Below, one piece after another: positions 1 to 9,646 of a stretch of DNA of 32,000 nt (position 1 is its first letter; the number at the start of each line of letters is the position of its first letter). This stretch comes from Candidatus Saccharimonadota bacterium (GTDB lineage: Bacteria; Pseudomonadota; Gammaproteobacteria; Enterobacterales; Enterobacteriaceae), in the NCBI RefSeq assembly GCF_000185985.2, contig NC_014909.2, forward strand, positions 300,001 to 332,000, read 5' to 3'. The notes under the pieces are model-generated. The model saw only the letters and a program-made list of their open reading frames with translations. It ran no database searches and was not told where the DNA came from. Position numbers and translations under genes: made by a program.

Positions 1-2880
1 CTTAGAATTTAAATTAATTTGATATAATTCTTCAAGATTAAAATTTGATAATTTAGAAACATTAACAGCAACCTTATTGTTAATAAATTTTAAATTACTA
101 TAACTTGTTATTTGTCGTGAGTTGTTACGTATTTGCATACATGAGGGTTGCCATATCTTAGAAAGTAAATGTAGTTGGGGTTTTTTAACAAATTTTGTTG
201 TTGTGTTAGATGTATATTGTTGGTTTTTTTTCGAAATGATGCGAAAAGTAATATCTTTATTAGAACGTATACTGAGTTGTTGTAAGTATTGCTTTATCGA
301 TTTTAAAGTATTGGGTGTATTATTTTGAATTAAGTATCCTAAAGCGCTGCGATGAAAATCAGTTAATTCATTGAATGAGTTTTGGCTACGATTACGCACA
401 ATTGGTGCTATACCTATAGAACAATGATAAATACTACGTGTTATAGCGACATATAATAATCTTAAATTTTCTGATAAATGTTCTTCATTTAACAAGTCAA
501 AGTCAGAGTGTAGTAGATTATGTTGTTTTAAATTTAATTGATATTTGAAATGAGTAATATAAGTGTTTTGTGCCTTGGCATTAAAGCTTGTTGCTGCAAA
601 TGGTAAAAATGTTAATGGAAACTCTAAGCCTTTAGATTTATGTATAGTGCTAATTTTTATACAATTGTGATCATCCCTGTTAGACCGTACCATATAATCC
701 ATAGATTCTTTTTTATATTGATTTAAAGGCTGATTTATTTTTAGTTCTAACCATATTATTAATTCGTATTCATTATTAAATTGTGTGGAAATATTATTTA
801 ATAATTCCCCCAAATGCAAAATATTAATTAGATTATATTTTCCCGATGGTGTAGATAGTAATTTTTTCGGAATTTTGTAATAAAAAATTATTTTTTGAAT
901 CATAGAAAGTATACTATTATTTTTCCAAATAAAGTAATATTTAGAAAATTCGTTAATTATTTGATCCCATTTTAATGTATTATTATAAACGTTTACAATT
1001 TGCATTGCGTTTAATCCAAAAAAAATAGTTGCAAGTGCGGGATAAATTGTTTCTTGTTTTGGAAATAAAATAGCTCGTAGTAATAATAGTAATTCATACG
1101 CTTCTATAGTGTTAAAAATATTGTTTCGGTTAGATAAAAATATGGTAGATATATTAATTTTTAATAATTCCAGTCGAATTAAGGAAGCTTCTAAATGATT
1201 TCTAACTAAAATGGTAATATCTGAGGTTTGAAGAGTTTTTTTATCAGTATTGGTTTTGAGCCAAATTTTTTTATCATTTATATTTTGTATTAATTTTTTT
1301 AAAGTTATAGCACATTCTTGTGCCATGATTGTTTTATAACTATTTTTAGTAACACATTTATCTAAGTATAACCAAAAACACATAGCTGATTGTGGTATGT
1401 TATGTATCATAAGTTTATGTCTATTATTTTTATAGGCAGCTTGTGTTGGAATAAATGAGATATCTTTAAATTTAAAAGGATTAGTAGTTGATTGAAATAA
1501 GTGATTGATAGCATTTACCATACCAGGTGATGACCGCCAATTAATATTTAGATGATATTTATAAGACAGATTTTGTCGTATTTTCATATACGTAAATATA
1601 TCAGCTCCTCGAAATCCATAGATAGCTTGTTTAGGATCTCCTAGTAAAATCAATCCATTTTTTAAAGAATGAGAATATAATTTATGAAATATTTTATATT
1701 GACTAAAGTCGGTGTCTTGAAATTCATCAATTATTGTAATTGGATAATATTTGAGTATTTTTTTAGTTAAATTGTTTTGTGTATTTTCAATTCCATTTTT
1801 TAATAAAATTGTTATAATATTATTGAAGGTTATTTGAGATTTAGAATAAATAAGGACATTCAAATTATTTTGAATATCTTTAAGAGCCGAATTTAATATT
1901 ATAAATTTAAATGATGTGAATTTTTGAAATAGTTGATCTATTGAATTAAATAAAGAAAAAACGTTAACCTCGTTGAGGTTATTACTAGAATTCAATATGG
2001 ATAATCGAAAACGTTTAAGGGCGTTGGGTGTCACGTGATTAAGAGTGGGTTGTTCGCACCATTGATTAATTATATTAATCCATTGTGCCAAATTTTTTTT
2101 GTTGTATATTTTACGATTAAAATTTGGCATGTTATTAATAATTTTAGTTAAATTATTTGTAGTTTTTACCCATTGTTTTTTAATATTATTAATATCAAAA
2201 AGTATTTGATTATAAAATTCAGAAATATACTTATTTAGTTGATTAAAAAATTTAGGGTTTTGAATTTTAGAATTGTTATGATACCCAATATATGGACGTA
2301 AATTTTGTAATAATTCTTCTGGATTATTCCAAAATTCTTGAATAAAACTAGTTATATTCAATGGTAATTCATAAAAATGACGTCTCCAAAAATCGAAACA
2401 TATTTGACGATATAGCGTTAATTCATCTTCTATAATGGATGTATGAAATGGAATATTTAATTCTAGGGTATTTTCTGTTAAAATTTTTTGACAAAAGCCA
2501 TGAATGGTAAAGATTGATGCTTCATATATTTCTTTTTCTGCTTTAAATAATAGGGTAATAGCAAGATCTATATTACGTATTTGTAACAATAATTTAGAAA
2601 ATATATAATTATTACTATATTTATTCATACAATCCCATCGAAATTGTTGAATGCTTTCTTTGATTCGTTTGCGTAAATCGTATGCTGCACTGTTAGTAAA
2701 GGTTACAACAAGAATTTCTTTGACTGTCAATGGAGTTGAATAAATTGATTGATTGCTATGTAAGTTTAACAATAATCTAAGATAGAGTATTATTAAACTA
2801 TATGTTTTACCAGTTCCAGCGGATGCTTCAATTAATCTAATTTTGTTTAAGGGTAAATGGAATATGTTTAAGTCTTGCAT
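1..2880 (-). CDS. recB: RecB, exodeoxyribonuclease V beta subunit (helicase/nuclease); first 960 codons, 3' end lies beyond the window start
   Basis: This gene is absent from the ORF track because it has no stop inside the window. I scanned the minus-strand register (plus-strand triplets 1-3, 4-6 ... 2878-2880) by hand and found no tta/cta/tca triplet, so the frame is open from ATG (complement of 2878-2880) to position 1. The translation starts MQDLNIFHLPLNKIRLIEASAGTGKTYSL, matching helicase motif I of E. coli RecB (LIEASAGTGKT). It also contains IIDEFQDTD (1708-1734), GDPKQAIYGFRGAD (1600-1641) and NWRSSPGMV, all SF1/UvrD-type RecB motifs. Confidence 0.9.
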   Translation of the reverse strand, partial: MQDLNIFHLPLNKIRLIEASAGTGKTYSLIILYLRLLLNLHSNQSIYSTPLTVKEILVVTFTNSAAYDLRKRIKESIQQFRWDCMNKYSNNYIFSKLLLQIRNIDLAITLLFKAEKEIYEASIFTIHGFCQKILTENTLELNIPFHTSIIEDELTLYRQICFDFWRRHFYELPLNITSFIQEFWNNPEELLQNLRPYIGYHNNSKIQNPKFFNQLNKYISEFYNQILFDINNIKKQWVKTTNNLTKIINNMPNFNRKIYNKKNLAQWINIINQWCEQPTLNHVTPNALKRFRLSILNSSNNLNEVNVFSLFNSIDQLFQKFTSFKFIILNSALKDIQNNLNVLIYSKSQITFNNIITILLKNGIENTQNNLTKKILKYYPITIIDEFQDTDFSQYKIFHKLYSHSLKNGLILLGDPKQAIYGFRGADIFTYMKIRQNLSYKYHLNINWRSSPGMVNAINHLFQSTTNPFKFKDISFIPTQAAYKNNRHKLMIHNIPQSAMCFWLYLDKCVTKNSYKTIMAQECAITLKKLIQNINDKKIWLKTNTDKKTLQTSDITILVRNHLEASLIRLELLKINISTIFLSNRNNIFNTIEAYELLLLLRAILFPKQETIYPALATIFFGLNAMQIVNVYNNTLKWDQIINEFSKYYFIWKNNSILSMIQKIIFYYKIPKKLLSTPSGKYNLINILHLGELLNNISTQFNNEYELIIWLELKINQPLNQYKKESMDYMVRSNRDDHNCIKISTIHKSKGLEFPLTFLPFAATSFNAKAQNTYITHFKYQLNLKQHNLLHSDFDLLNEEHLSENLRLLYVAITRSIYHCSIGIAPIVRNRSQNSFNELTDFHRSALGYLIQNNTPNTLKSIKQYLQQLSIRSNKDITFRIISKKNQQYTSNTTTKFVKKPQLHLLSKIWQPSCMQIRNNSRQITSYSNLKFINNKVAVNVSKLSNFNLEELYQINLNSK

Positions 2881-2985
2881 AAAATTATGTTACTATTTAT
2901 ATAGTGAAGCACAGTATATAAAAAAGATAGAAGATATAGATAAATCCATAATTACATCAGATACATATAATTATGTAGATAGTTA

Positions 2986-3822
2986 TTATAATTCACGTAA
3001 TAAATCGTTAATTTGAGTTTTATTTTTTGTTTTAGAATCTACTTGTTTTATTATTATGGCGCAATATGTATTAATTTTATTATCTAAAGATGGAATACTT
3101 CCAGGAATTACTACTGAGCCAGCCGGAACACGTCCATAATAAATTTGTTCAGTATTTCGATCATATATTTTAGTACTTTGGCCAATAAATACTCCCATAG
3201 AAATTACAGACCCTTCTTCTACAATGACTCCTTCTACTATTTCAGATCTAGCTCCAATAAAACAGTTATCTTCAATAATAGTTGGATTGTTTTGGATAGG
3301 TTCTAACACCCCTCCAATACCTGCTCCTCCAGATATATGAGTATATTTCCCTATTTGGGCACAGGAGCCTATGGTAGCCCAAGTATCAATCATTGTTCCT
3401 GTATCAATGTATGCCCCAATATTTATGTAAGAAGGCATAATGATTGTATTATGAGATATATATGCTCCGTATCGTACGGTGGCAGGAGGAACTATTCTTA
3501 TCTTATTTTTTTGAAAATCTGTTTCGTTCCATGTTTCAAATTTTGTTGGACATTTATCAAAAAAATGAGCATTGCCCCATGTCATTAATTTATTACCTGT
3601 AATTTTAAAAAATAAAATAATTGCTTTTTTTAACCATTGATGAGTAATCCACTTATTGTTAAGTTTTTCAGAGATACGAAAAATTCCATTATCTAAATTA
3701 TGAATTATTTCTTGTATAGCATTGTTTAAAATGGAATCAATATTGTGTTGTAATATGTCTTCCTTTTTTAAAAAAGCATTTTCAATAATTTTTTTTAAAT
3801 TTGATATATTTTTTGTATTCAT
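2986..3822 (-). CDS. dapD: 2,3,4,5-tetrahydropyridine-2,6-dicarboxylate N-succinyltransferase (lysine/DAP pathway)
   Basis: The 278-aa ORF is near-colinear with E. coli DapD (274 aa). Shared segments include [45 protein letters not shown] and [33 protein letters not shown] (hexapeptide-repeat fold). An AAGGA Shine-Dalgarno sequence lies in the 23-nt spacer upstream. Confidence 0.95.
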   Translation of the reverse strand: MNTKNISNLKKIIENAFLKKEDILQHNIDSILNNAIQEIIHNLDNGIFRISEKLNNKWITHQWLKKAIILFFKITGNKLMTWGNAHFFDKCPTKFETWNETDFQKNKIRIVPPATVRYGAYISHNTIIMPSYINIGAYIDTGTMIDTWATIGSCAQIGKYTHISGGAGIGGVLEPIQNNPTIIEDNCFIGARSEIVEGVIVEEGSVISMGVFIGQSTKIYDRNTEQIYYGRVPAGSVVIPGSIPSLDNKINTYCAIIIKQVDSKTKNKTQINDLLREL

Positions 3823-3845
3823 AGTCCTTATAATTATATTATTGA

Positions 3846-4655
3846 TTATTGTGCGTGTTCGCTATGAGTAGAGAATAAATAATTGGGAAGGGTTTCATTA
3901 GTTCGTTTTGTTAAAATCTCACATCCAGTTTTAGTAATAAGAATAGTATGTTCATATTGAGCAGATAAACTATGATCTTGTGTTTTTACTGTCCATCCAT
4001 CTGATTCAGTATAAACATGACGCTTTCCTGCATTTACCATAGGCTCTATAGTGAATATCATTCCTGATTTTAATATTACACCACCATCATCTGCATCATA
4101 ATTAAGAACATGAGGAGGTTCATGAAATAGCTTTCCAATGCCGTGTCCACAATATTCCCTAACTATAGAAAAGTTTTTCTTGTTAACAATGTTTTGAATG
4201 GTTTTTCCAATCATTTTTAATCTAATCCCTGGTCGAATTATATTTATAGCCTTGTATAAACTTGTTTGAGTTACTTGACATAAACAGTTACCTAGTTGTG
4301 TTGAAGTACCTACCGTAAACATTTTTGAAGTATCAGCATGAAACCCTTGTTTAATAATAGTGACATCTATATTGATAATATCCCCGTCTTTAAGTTTTTG
4401 TGAGCAATGAGGGATTCCATGACAAACTACATCATTAATGGATGTGCAGATAGATTTTGGAAATCCATGATATCCAAGAGGAGCAGCAATAGCTTTTTGC
4501 ACCTTAGTAATATAATCGTGACAAATATTATTTAATTTTTCTGTACTAATCCCTGGCAGGACATATGGCTCAATCATTTCTAATACTTCTGCCGCTAAAC
4601 GGCCAGCTACTCTCATCTTTTCTATATCTTTAGGAGTGTTAACAGCAATATTCAT
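3846..4655 (-). CDS. map: Methionine aminopeptidase type I
   Basis: The 269-aa ORF contains [23 protein letters not shown], identical to E. coli Map over about 20 residues. It also has [30 protein letters not shown] and SAQYEHT, which carry the metal-ligand residues. Confidence 0.95.
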   Translation of the reverse strand: MNIAVNTPKDIEKMRVAGRLAAEVLEMIEPYVLPGISTEKLNNICHDYITKVQKAIAAPLGYHGFPKSICTSINDVVCHGIPHCSQKLKDGDIINIDVTIIKQGFHADTSKMFTVGTSTQLGNCLCQVTQTSLYKAINIIRPGIRLKMIGKTIQNIVNKKNFSIVREYCGHGIGKLFHEPPHVLNYDADDGGVILKSGMIFTIEPMVNAGKRHVYTESDGWTVKTQDHSLSAQYEHTILITKTGCEILTKRTNETLPNYLFSTHSEHAQ

Positions 4656-4715
4656 AAGTTATGTATATAAAATTTTAAATTAATATGTTTAAAAAATAAT
4701 TCGAGGTTAATATGG

Positions 4716-4724
4716 TGTTATAAA
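4716..4724 (+). promoter_or_regulatory. Candidate extended -10 promoter element (TGtTATAAA) for rpsB-tsf
   Basis: The sequence ggTGTTATAAAtt resembles the extended -10 reported for the E. coli rpsB promoter (TGTGGTATAAA, recalled from the literature). TATA-like strings are very common in this AT-rich DNA, so support is weak. Confidence 0.25.
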
Positions 4725-4835
4725 TTACCCCAAAATTTTTTATTATTATAAAACAATAATAACATAATAATTTCAATTAATAAAATTAATGCAACATATC
4801 GTTGTGATGATATACATTATTGCCTTTATTAAAAA

Positions 4836-4882
4836 CACGGGTATATTGAGTATGCGCGTTAATTTTATTAAAACGCGGGGTT
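4836..4882 (+). promoter_or_regulatory. Candidate structured element of the rpsB 5' leader (S2 autoregulation)
   Basis: This is the only G/C-rich island in a 354-nt, otherwise nearly pure A/T spacer: cacgggtatattgagtatgCGCGTTaattttattaaAACGCGgggtt. It holds a perfect 6-bp stem (4855-4860 with 4872-4877, four G:C pairs, 11-nt loop) flanked by G runs. It lies about 135 nt upstream of the rpsB start. Confidence 0.35.
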
Positions 4883-5009
4883 ATATTATATAATTTTAAT
4901 TTAATATATTCATAATAAGTATAACATAATATATGTATATTTTTATTTATATATAATTAAAAATATACTAATAATATAGTATAAATATTTTAATAGAATT
5001 AAATGGGAC

Positions 5010-5720
5010 ATGTATATGATGAAAAAACTTTCTATTCGTGAAATGTTACAAGCTGGAGTGCACTTTGGGCATCAAACTCGTTATTGGAATCCAAAAATGA
5101 AACCTTTTATTTTTGGAGTACAGAACAAAATACATATTATTGACTTAGATAAAACTATATTAATGTTCAATAAAGCTTTAGTTGAACTAAAAAAAATTAC
5201 TACACTAAAAGGTAAAATTTTGTTTGTGGGAACTAAACGTGCAGCTCGAGAATCTATAAAAAGTACTGCACTGATTTGCGGTCAGTTTTTTGTGAATCAT
5301 CGTTGGTTGGGAGGTATGTTAACTAATTGGAAGACTGTCCGTCAATCAATAAAACGATTGAAAGAATTAGAAAATCAATCTCAAGATGGAACTTTTCAAA
5401 AATTAACTAAGAAAGAAGTTTTAATTTTAAAACATGAATTACGTGGTTTGGAAAATAGTTTGGGAGGAATTAAAAATATGGGAGGACTACCAGATGCAAT
5501 TTTTACAGTAGGAGCGATACATGAACATATTGCTATAAAAGAAGCAAATAGCTTAGGGATTCCAGTTTTTGCAATAGTTGATACTGATTCTAATCCAGAT
5601 GGTGTGGATTTTATTATTCCAGGGAATGATGATGCAACTCGTGCTATTAATTTATATTTAAATATCGTATCTAATGTTATATATCCAGATAATTTTAATA
5701 AAGAATTGGTTGAAAATTAA
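5010..5720 (+). CDS. rpsB: 30S ribosomal protein S2
   Basis: The segment [25 protein letters not shown] ... [29 protein letters not shown] ... [27 protein letters not shown] is near-identical to E. coli S2. Three in-frame ATGs occur at 5010, 5016 and 5019. A GGGA Shine-Dalgarno at 5005-5008 and the length match to E. coli favour 5016 or 5019 as the true start. Confidence 0.95.
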   Translation: MYMMKKLSIREMLQAGVHFGHQTRYWNPKMKPFIFGVQNKIHIIDLDKTILMFNKALVELKKITTLKGKILFVGTKRAARESIKSTALICGQFFVNHRWLGGMLTNWKTVRQSIKRLKELENQSQDGTFQKLTKKEVLILKHELRGLENSLGGIKNMGGLPDAIFTVGAIHEHIAIKEANSLGIPVFAIVDTDSNPDGVDFIIPGNDDATRAINLYLNIVSNVIYPDNFNKELVEN

Positions 5721-5811
5721 ATATATATATGTGTGATTTATGATTTATATATTATATTAATTAGGTTGTATTTTATATGTTTGTATTTAATATAATTTGT
5801 AGGAAATAAAA

Positions 5812-6624
5812 ATGAATATTATAAATAGCGATCTTATTAAAGAGTTACGCAGGCGTACTAATGTCAGTATTATGAAATGTAAGCAAGCACTAGAAGAATC
5901 AAATGGTGATGTTGAATTAGCTATCGATAATATTAAAAAGTCTGGATTAAAAATTGATTCAATTAAATCAAATCGATTAACTGTGTCAGGATTAATTGTT
6001 TCAAAGATTTCATCTAATAAACAAATAGGATTAATGATAGAAATAAATTGTGAAACTGATTTTGTGGCTCGAAATAGTCTATTTCAGGAATTTACTAATA
6101 CTGTTATTAATACTGCTTTGAGTGAATCAATTATAAATATTAATATTTTAAAAACTAGATTTGAAAATCAGCGTTGTGTTTTAATGAATACTGTTGGTGA
6201 AAATATTGAAATTAATAAGTTTATTGTATTAACAGGTGACTTTTTGTGTTCTTATGTACATAATGCTAAAATTGGTGTCATAGTAGATATCATTTTTGAA
6301 AAAACAATTAATATACTTGTTGCCAAGAATATCGCCATGCATATTGCAGCTAGTAGTCCTAAATATATTTATGAAAATGATGTTCCTGAAGAGATTATGC
6401 TCAAAGAATATCGTACTCAAATGAATTTAGCTATAAAATCTGGTAAGTCACTAAAAATTGCAGAAAAAATTACTCAGGGACGTATAAATAAATTTATGAA
6501 TCAAATTGTATTAACAAAACAAAATTTTATTATGGAAATGAATAGAACTGTTGGCAGTATATTAGATGAAAATCATATTAAAATTAAAAATTTTATTCGA
6601 TTTGAAATAGGATACGATAATTAG
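5812..6624 (+). CDS. tsf: Elongation factor Ts
   Basis: The 270-aa ORF has N-terminus [38 protein letters not shown], matching the E. coli EF-Ts N-domain. It also has [10 protein letters not shown] and [13 protein letters not shown], and sits in the conserved position after rpsB. An AGGAAA Shine-Dalgarno lies upstream. Confidence 0.93.
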   Translation: MNIINSDLIKELRRRTNVSIMKCKQALEESNGDVELAIDNIKKSGLKIDSIKSNRLTVSGLIVSKISSNKQIGLMIEINCETDFVARNSLFQEFTNTVINTALSESIININILKTRFENQRCVLMNTVGENIEINKFIVLTGDFLCSYVHNAKIGVIVDIIFEKTINILVAKNIAMHIAASSPKYIYENDVPEEIMLKEYRTQMNLAIKSGKSLKIAEKITQGRINKFMNQIVLTKQNFIMEMNRTVGSILDENHIKIKNFIRFEIGYDN

Positions 6625-6755
6625 TTTTTAATTGATTGGCATATCATAGTATATATAAGTTTTATGTGCATAAAATACGGAATATATATAAGTTATGGTG
6701 ATTAATCAATTAATTATTACATTACTATACTAGTATTTTACAAGGAACATATTTA

Positions 6756-7484
6756 ATGATCAGTCATATGAGTCCAGTGTATCGACGTATTATGATTAAA
6801 ATAAGCGGAGAAGCTTTGCAAGGTACTAAAAACTTTGGGATAGATTTTATTATATTAAATCGAATGGCTCTAGAAATTAAAGAATTAATAAATATAGGAG
6901 TACAAATAGGAATTGTGATAGGTGGTGGAAATTTTTTTAGAGGTATTAATTTAGTGAAATCTGGTATACATAAGGTTATTAGTGATCATATTGGAATGTT
7001 ATCGACAATTATAAATGGATTAGCTATACACAATTCTTTAAATAGTGTGTATGTAGATTCTCAATTGATGTCAGCTATTCCGTTACAAGGAGTATGCGAT
7101 CATTATAATTGGATGAAAGCAATTAATTTATTGTCTAATAATAGAGTGGTAATTTTTGGAGCAGGTACTGGAAATCCGTTTTTTACGACTGATTCAGCTG
7201 CTTGTTTACGAGGAATTGAGATTGAAGCAGATGCAATACTTAAGGCTACTAAAGTTGATGGTGTTTTTTCTGACGATCCTGAACAACATCCTAATAATGC
7301 TATTTTATATAAACAATTAAGTTATCAGGATGTATTAAAACGTGAATTAAAAATCATGGATTTAACAGCATTTACATTAGCTAGAGATCACAATCTTCCG
7401 ATACATATATTTAATATTAATAAAGTAGGTGCATTAAAAAGAATAGTAATGGGATGTAGAGAAGGAACTTTAATTACTGAATAG
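6756..7484 (+). CDS. pyrH: Uridylate (UMP) kinase
   Basis: The 242-aa ORF contains [61 protein letters not shown] and [16 protein letters not shown], near-identical to E. coli PyrH and of the same length. An AAGGAAC Shine-Dalgarno lies upstream. Confidence 0.95.
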   Translation: MISHMSPVYRRIMIKISGEALQGTKNFGIDFIILNRMALEIKELINIGVQIGIVIGGGNFFRGINLVKSGIHKVISDHIGMLSTIINGLAIHNSLNSVYVDSQLMSAIPLQGVCDHYNWMKAINLLSNNRVVIFGAGTGNPFFTTDSAACLRGIEIEADAILKATKVDGVFSDDPEQHPNNAILYKQLSYQDVLKRELKIMDLTAFTLARDHNLPIHIFNINKVGALKRIVMGCREGTLITE

Positions 7485-7578
7485 TAGTAATACAATTAAT
7501 GTATATATATAATATATCTATTTATAATAGATGATTAATTATTTTTTTTATTATTATGTTTAATGGAGTATATCAGCA

Positions 7579-8145
7579 GTGATTAATGAAATTTGTGAAA
7601 TTCAGGCAGATTTAAAAGAACAGATGAAAAAATGTATTGATAGTTTCAAAATAAATGTAAATAAAATTCATGTAGGCCATGTTTCTCCAAATATGTTAAA
7701 TTTTATTACAGTGGAATACTATGGATCTGTTATTCCCTTATCTCAACTAACAAATTCTGTGGTAGAGAAACCACGAACATTAGCTATTACTGTTTTCGAT
7801 GCTTCTATGATTAAAACCATAGAAAAGGCTATTTTAACTGCAAATTTAGGATTTACTCCTATCGCTCATGGGAATGTTATTCGAATAACTTTACCTATAT
7901 TAACTGAAGATAGACGTCGAACTTTGATAAAAATGATGAGAATTGAATCAGAAAAAAGTAAAATATCCTTAAGAAATATACGTCGTATTGCTAATGATAA
8001 GATAAAAGTTTTTCTTAAAAAAAAGGAGATTAATGTAGATGATGAGTATCACCGTCAAAATGAAATTCAAAATTTAACTAATTTTTGGGTTAATCAAATT
8101 AATATGATATTAAAAGAAAAAGAACTAGAGTTAATGATGTTTTAA
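7579..8145 (+). CDS. frr: Ribosome recycling factor
   Basis: The 188-aa ORF has a GTG start preceded by GGAG (7564-7567). It contains VEYYGSVIPLSQL, LPILTEDRRRTLIKM and LRNIRRIANDKIK, as in E. coli RRF (185 aa). Confidence 0.93.
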   Translation: MINEICEIQADLKEQMKKCIDSFKINVNKIHVGHVSPNMLNFITVEYYGSVIPLSQLTNSVVEKPRTLAITVFDASMIKTIEKAILTANLGFTPIAHGNVIRITLPILTEDRRRTLIKMMRIESEKSKISLRNIRRIANDKIKVFLKKKEINVDDEYHRQNEIQNLTNFWVNQINMILKEKELELMMF

Positions 8146-8176
8146 ATTACATCGTATTTTTTAAATACGAAGTAAT
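8146..8176 (+). terminator. Hairpin immediately after the frr stop (candidate intrinsic terminator or attenuator)
   Basis: The sequence attacAtcgtattt-ttt-aaatacgaAgtaat forms a 13-bp stem (5+8) with one A/A mismatch and a 3-nt loop, starting at the first base after the frr TAA. It is followed by T-rich sequence (tatttgtatt ... gtttttgttttttt) but not by an immediately adjacent U-tract. Confidence 0.4.
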
Positions 8177-8227
8177 TATTTGTATTAAGTGTTTTTGTTT
8201 TTTTAAATAAAAAAAATTTTGATATAT

Positions 8228-9454
8228 ATGGAATATTTAACAATTTTAGGTAGTACCGGATCCATTGGGCAAAAAACTGTTGCTGTGATTCAGCAGCACA
8301 AAGATAAGTTTGCTGCACGTGCTTTAATAGCCAACAATAATGTTACTATCATGACAGAGCAGTGTTTAATGTTATCTCCTCAGTATGTGTGTATGATATG
8401 CGAAAATTCTGCAAAAAGTTTGAAAAATAATTTGCGTATAGCTGGTAAAAGTAATATTCAAGTATTATCTGGGATGAAAGAAGCATGCGCTTTAGCTGAG
8501 CTTAATGATGTAGATATGGTGATGTCTGCGATAGTTGGTATAGCTGGGTTGACGCCTACTTTCTCTGCTATAAGAGCTGGAAAGAAAATTTTATTGGCAA
8601 ATAAAGAAACATTAGTTGTCAGTGGACAGTTTTTTATGCAAGAAGTTTGTAAGTACAATGCTAGAATTATACCTGTAGATAGTGAGCATAATGCAGTTTT
8701 TCAAAGTTTACCGGAAATTTGCCAAAAAAAAATAGGACAGTTATCTTCACTGTCTGAATACGGTATTTCGCGTATTGTGTTGACAGCTTCTGGAGGTGCG
8801 TTTTTAGGAATGTCTACAGAACAATTATCTATGATAACCCCAGAGCAGGCTTGTGTTCATCCTAATTGGGTAATGGGTCGTAAAATTTCAGTAGATTCTG
8901 CAACTATGATGAATAAGGGACTTGAATATATAGAAGCACGATATTTGTTTAATGCCAATCCTAATGAAATACAAATATTATTACACCCTCAGTCTATTAT
9001 ACATTCTATGGTACATTACATTGATGGTAGTATTTTAGCTCATTTATCTTTGCCTGATATGACAATTCCTATTTCATATGCTATGGCTTATCCTAATAGA
9101 ATTGCGTTGCATCATTTATCTTCTAAAGAATTTAATAATGATGCATATAATACATGTTTTTATAATAAATTATATTGTGATGAATTAAATAGTTTAAATT
9201 ATCCTTGTATAAAATTAGCTATTGATGCAAGTAATCACAGTCAGTCTGCGATGATTATTTTAAATGCAGCAAACGAGATTGCCGTAGAATCATTTTTAAA
9301 AAAGATGATTTCTTTTACTGATATACCAAACATTATTGATCATATATTGAATATATTACATCTAAATGAACCTAATGCCATAGATGATGTATTATACATT
9401 GATCAACGAGCCAAGGAAATCACAATACAATATATAATGAATAATATATTATAG
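8228..9454 (+). CDS. dxr: 1-deoxy-D-xylulose 5-phosphate reductoisomerase
   Basis: The track ORF starts at TTG 8219. The ATG at 8228 gives MEYLTILGSTGSIG, aligning with E. coli MKQLTILGSTGSIG. The ORF also has LLANKE, PVDSEHNA, HPNW.MGRKISVDSATMMNKGLEYIEA and LHPQSIIHSMV. Confidence 0.93.
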   Translation: MEYLTILGSTGSIGQKTVAVIQQHKDKFAARALIANNNVTIMTEQCLMLSPQYVCMICENSAKSLKNNLRIAGKSNIQVLSGMKEACALAELNDVDMVMSAIVGIAGLTPTFSAIRAGKKILLANKETLVVSGQFFMQEVCKYNARIIPVDSEHNAVFQSLPEICQKKIGQLSSLSEYGISRIVLTASGGAFLGMSTEQLSMITPEQACVHPNWVMGRKISVDSATMMNKGLEYIEARYLFNANPNEIQILLHPQSIIHSMVHYIDGSILAHLSLPDMTIPISYAMAYPNRIALHHLSSKEFNNDAYNTCFYNKLYCDELNSLNYPCIKLAIDASNHSQSAMIILNAANEIAVESFLKKMISFTDIPNIIDHILNILHLNEPNAIDDVLYIDQRAKEITIQYIMNNIL

Positions 9455-9646
9455 TATAATAAATCGATCACATAATATTTTATATTAATTGAATGCAAGT
9501 TCATATTTTATATTATTTAGTAAAATATGAGAGAACTATTATGTATCGTATCATTGTTTGGTATGATAGGTATATGTAAATGTTATTATTTAAGTTCAAT
9601 GTATTTATCTATAGTTAAACGCTTTTAATTTGGAAAATACATAAAT

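Noticed and set aside
6650-6694. A 12-nt direct repeat, tatatataagtt, at 6650-6661 and 6683-6694 in the tsf-pyrH spacer, plus an A/T-only palindrome ttttat-gtgc-ataaaa between them and the 10-bp palindrome tgattaatca nearby.
   Set aside because: These are short, pure A/T motifs expected by chance in this composition. They may overlap a pyrH promoter (-10-like TATAAG), but I cannot support a specific call.
7482-7490. Three tandem in-frame stop codons (TAG TAG TAA) at the end of pyrH.
   Set aside because: Tandem stops are common by chance downstream of genes in A/T-rich genomes. There is no evidence of read-through control.
9541-9579. A 12-codon mini-ORF (MYRIIVWYDRYM) with a GAGAG-like Shine-Dalgarno and a small hairpin (tatcat/atgata) in the dxr-uppS spacer; considered as a possible leader peptide.
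   Set aside because: No known leader-peptide control exists for uppS. The hairpin is 6 bp of mostly A/T, and an ORF of this size is expected by chance.
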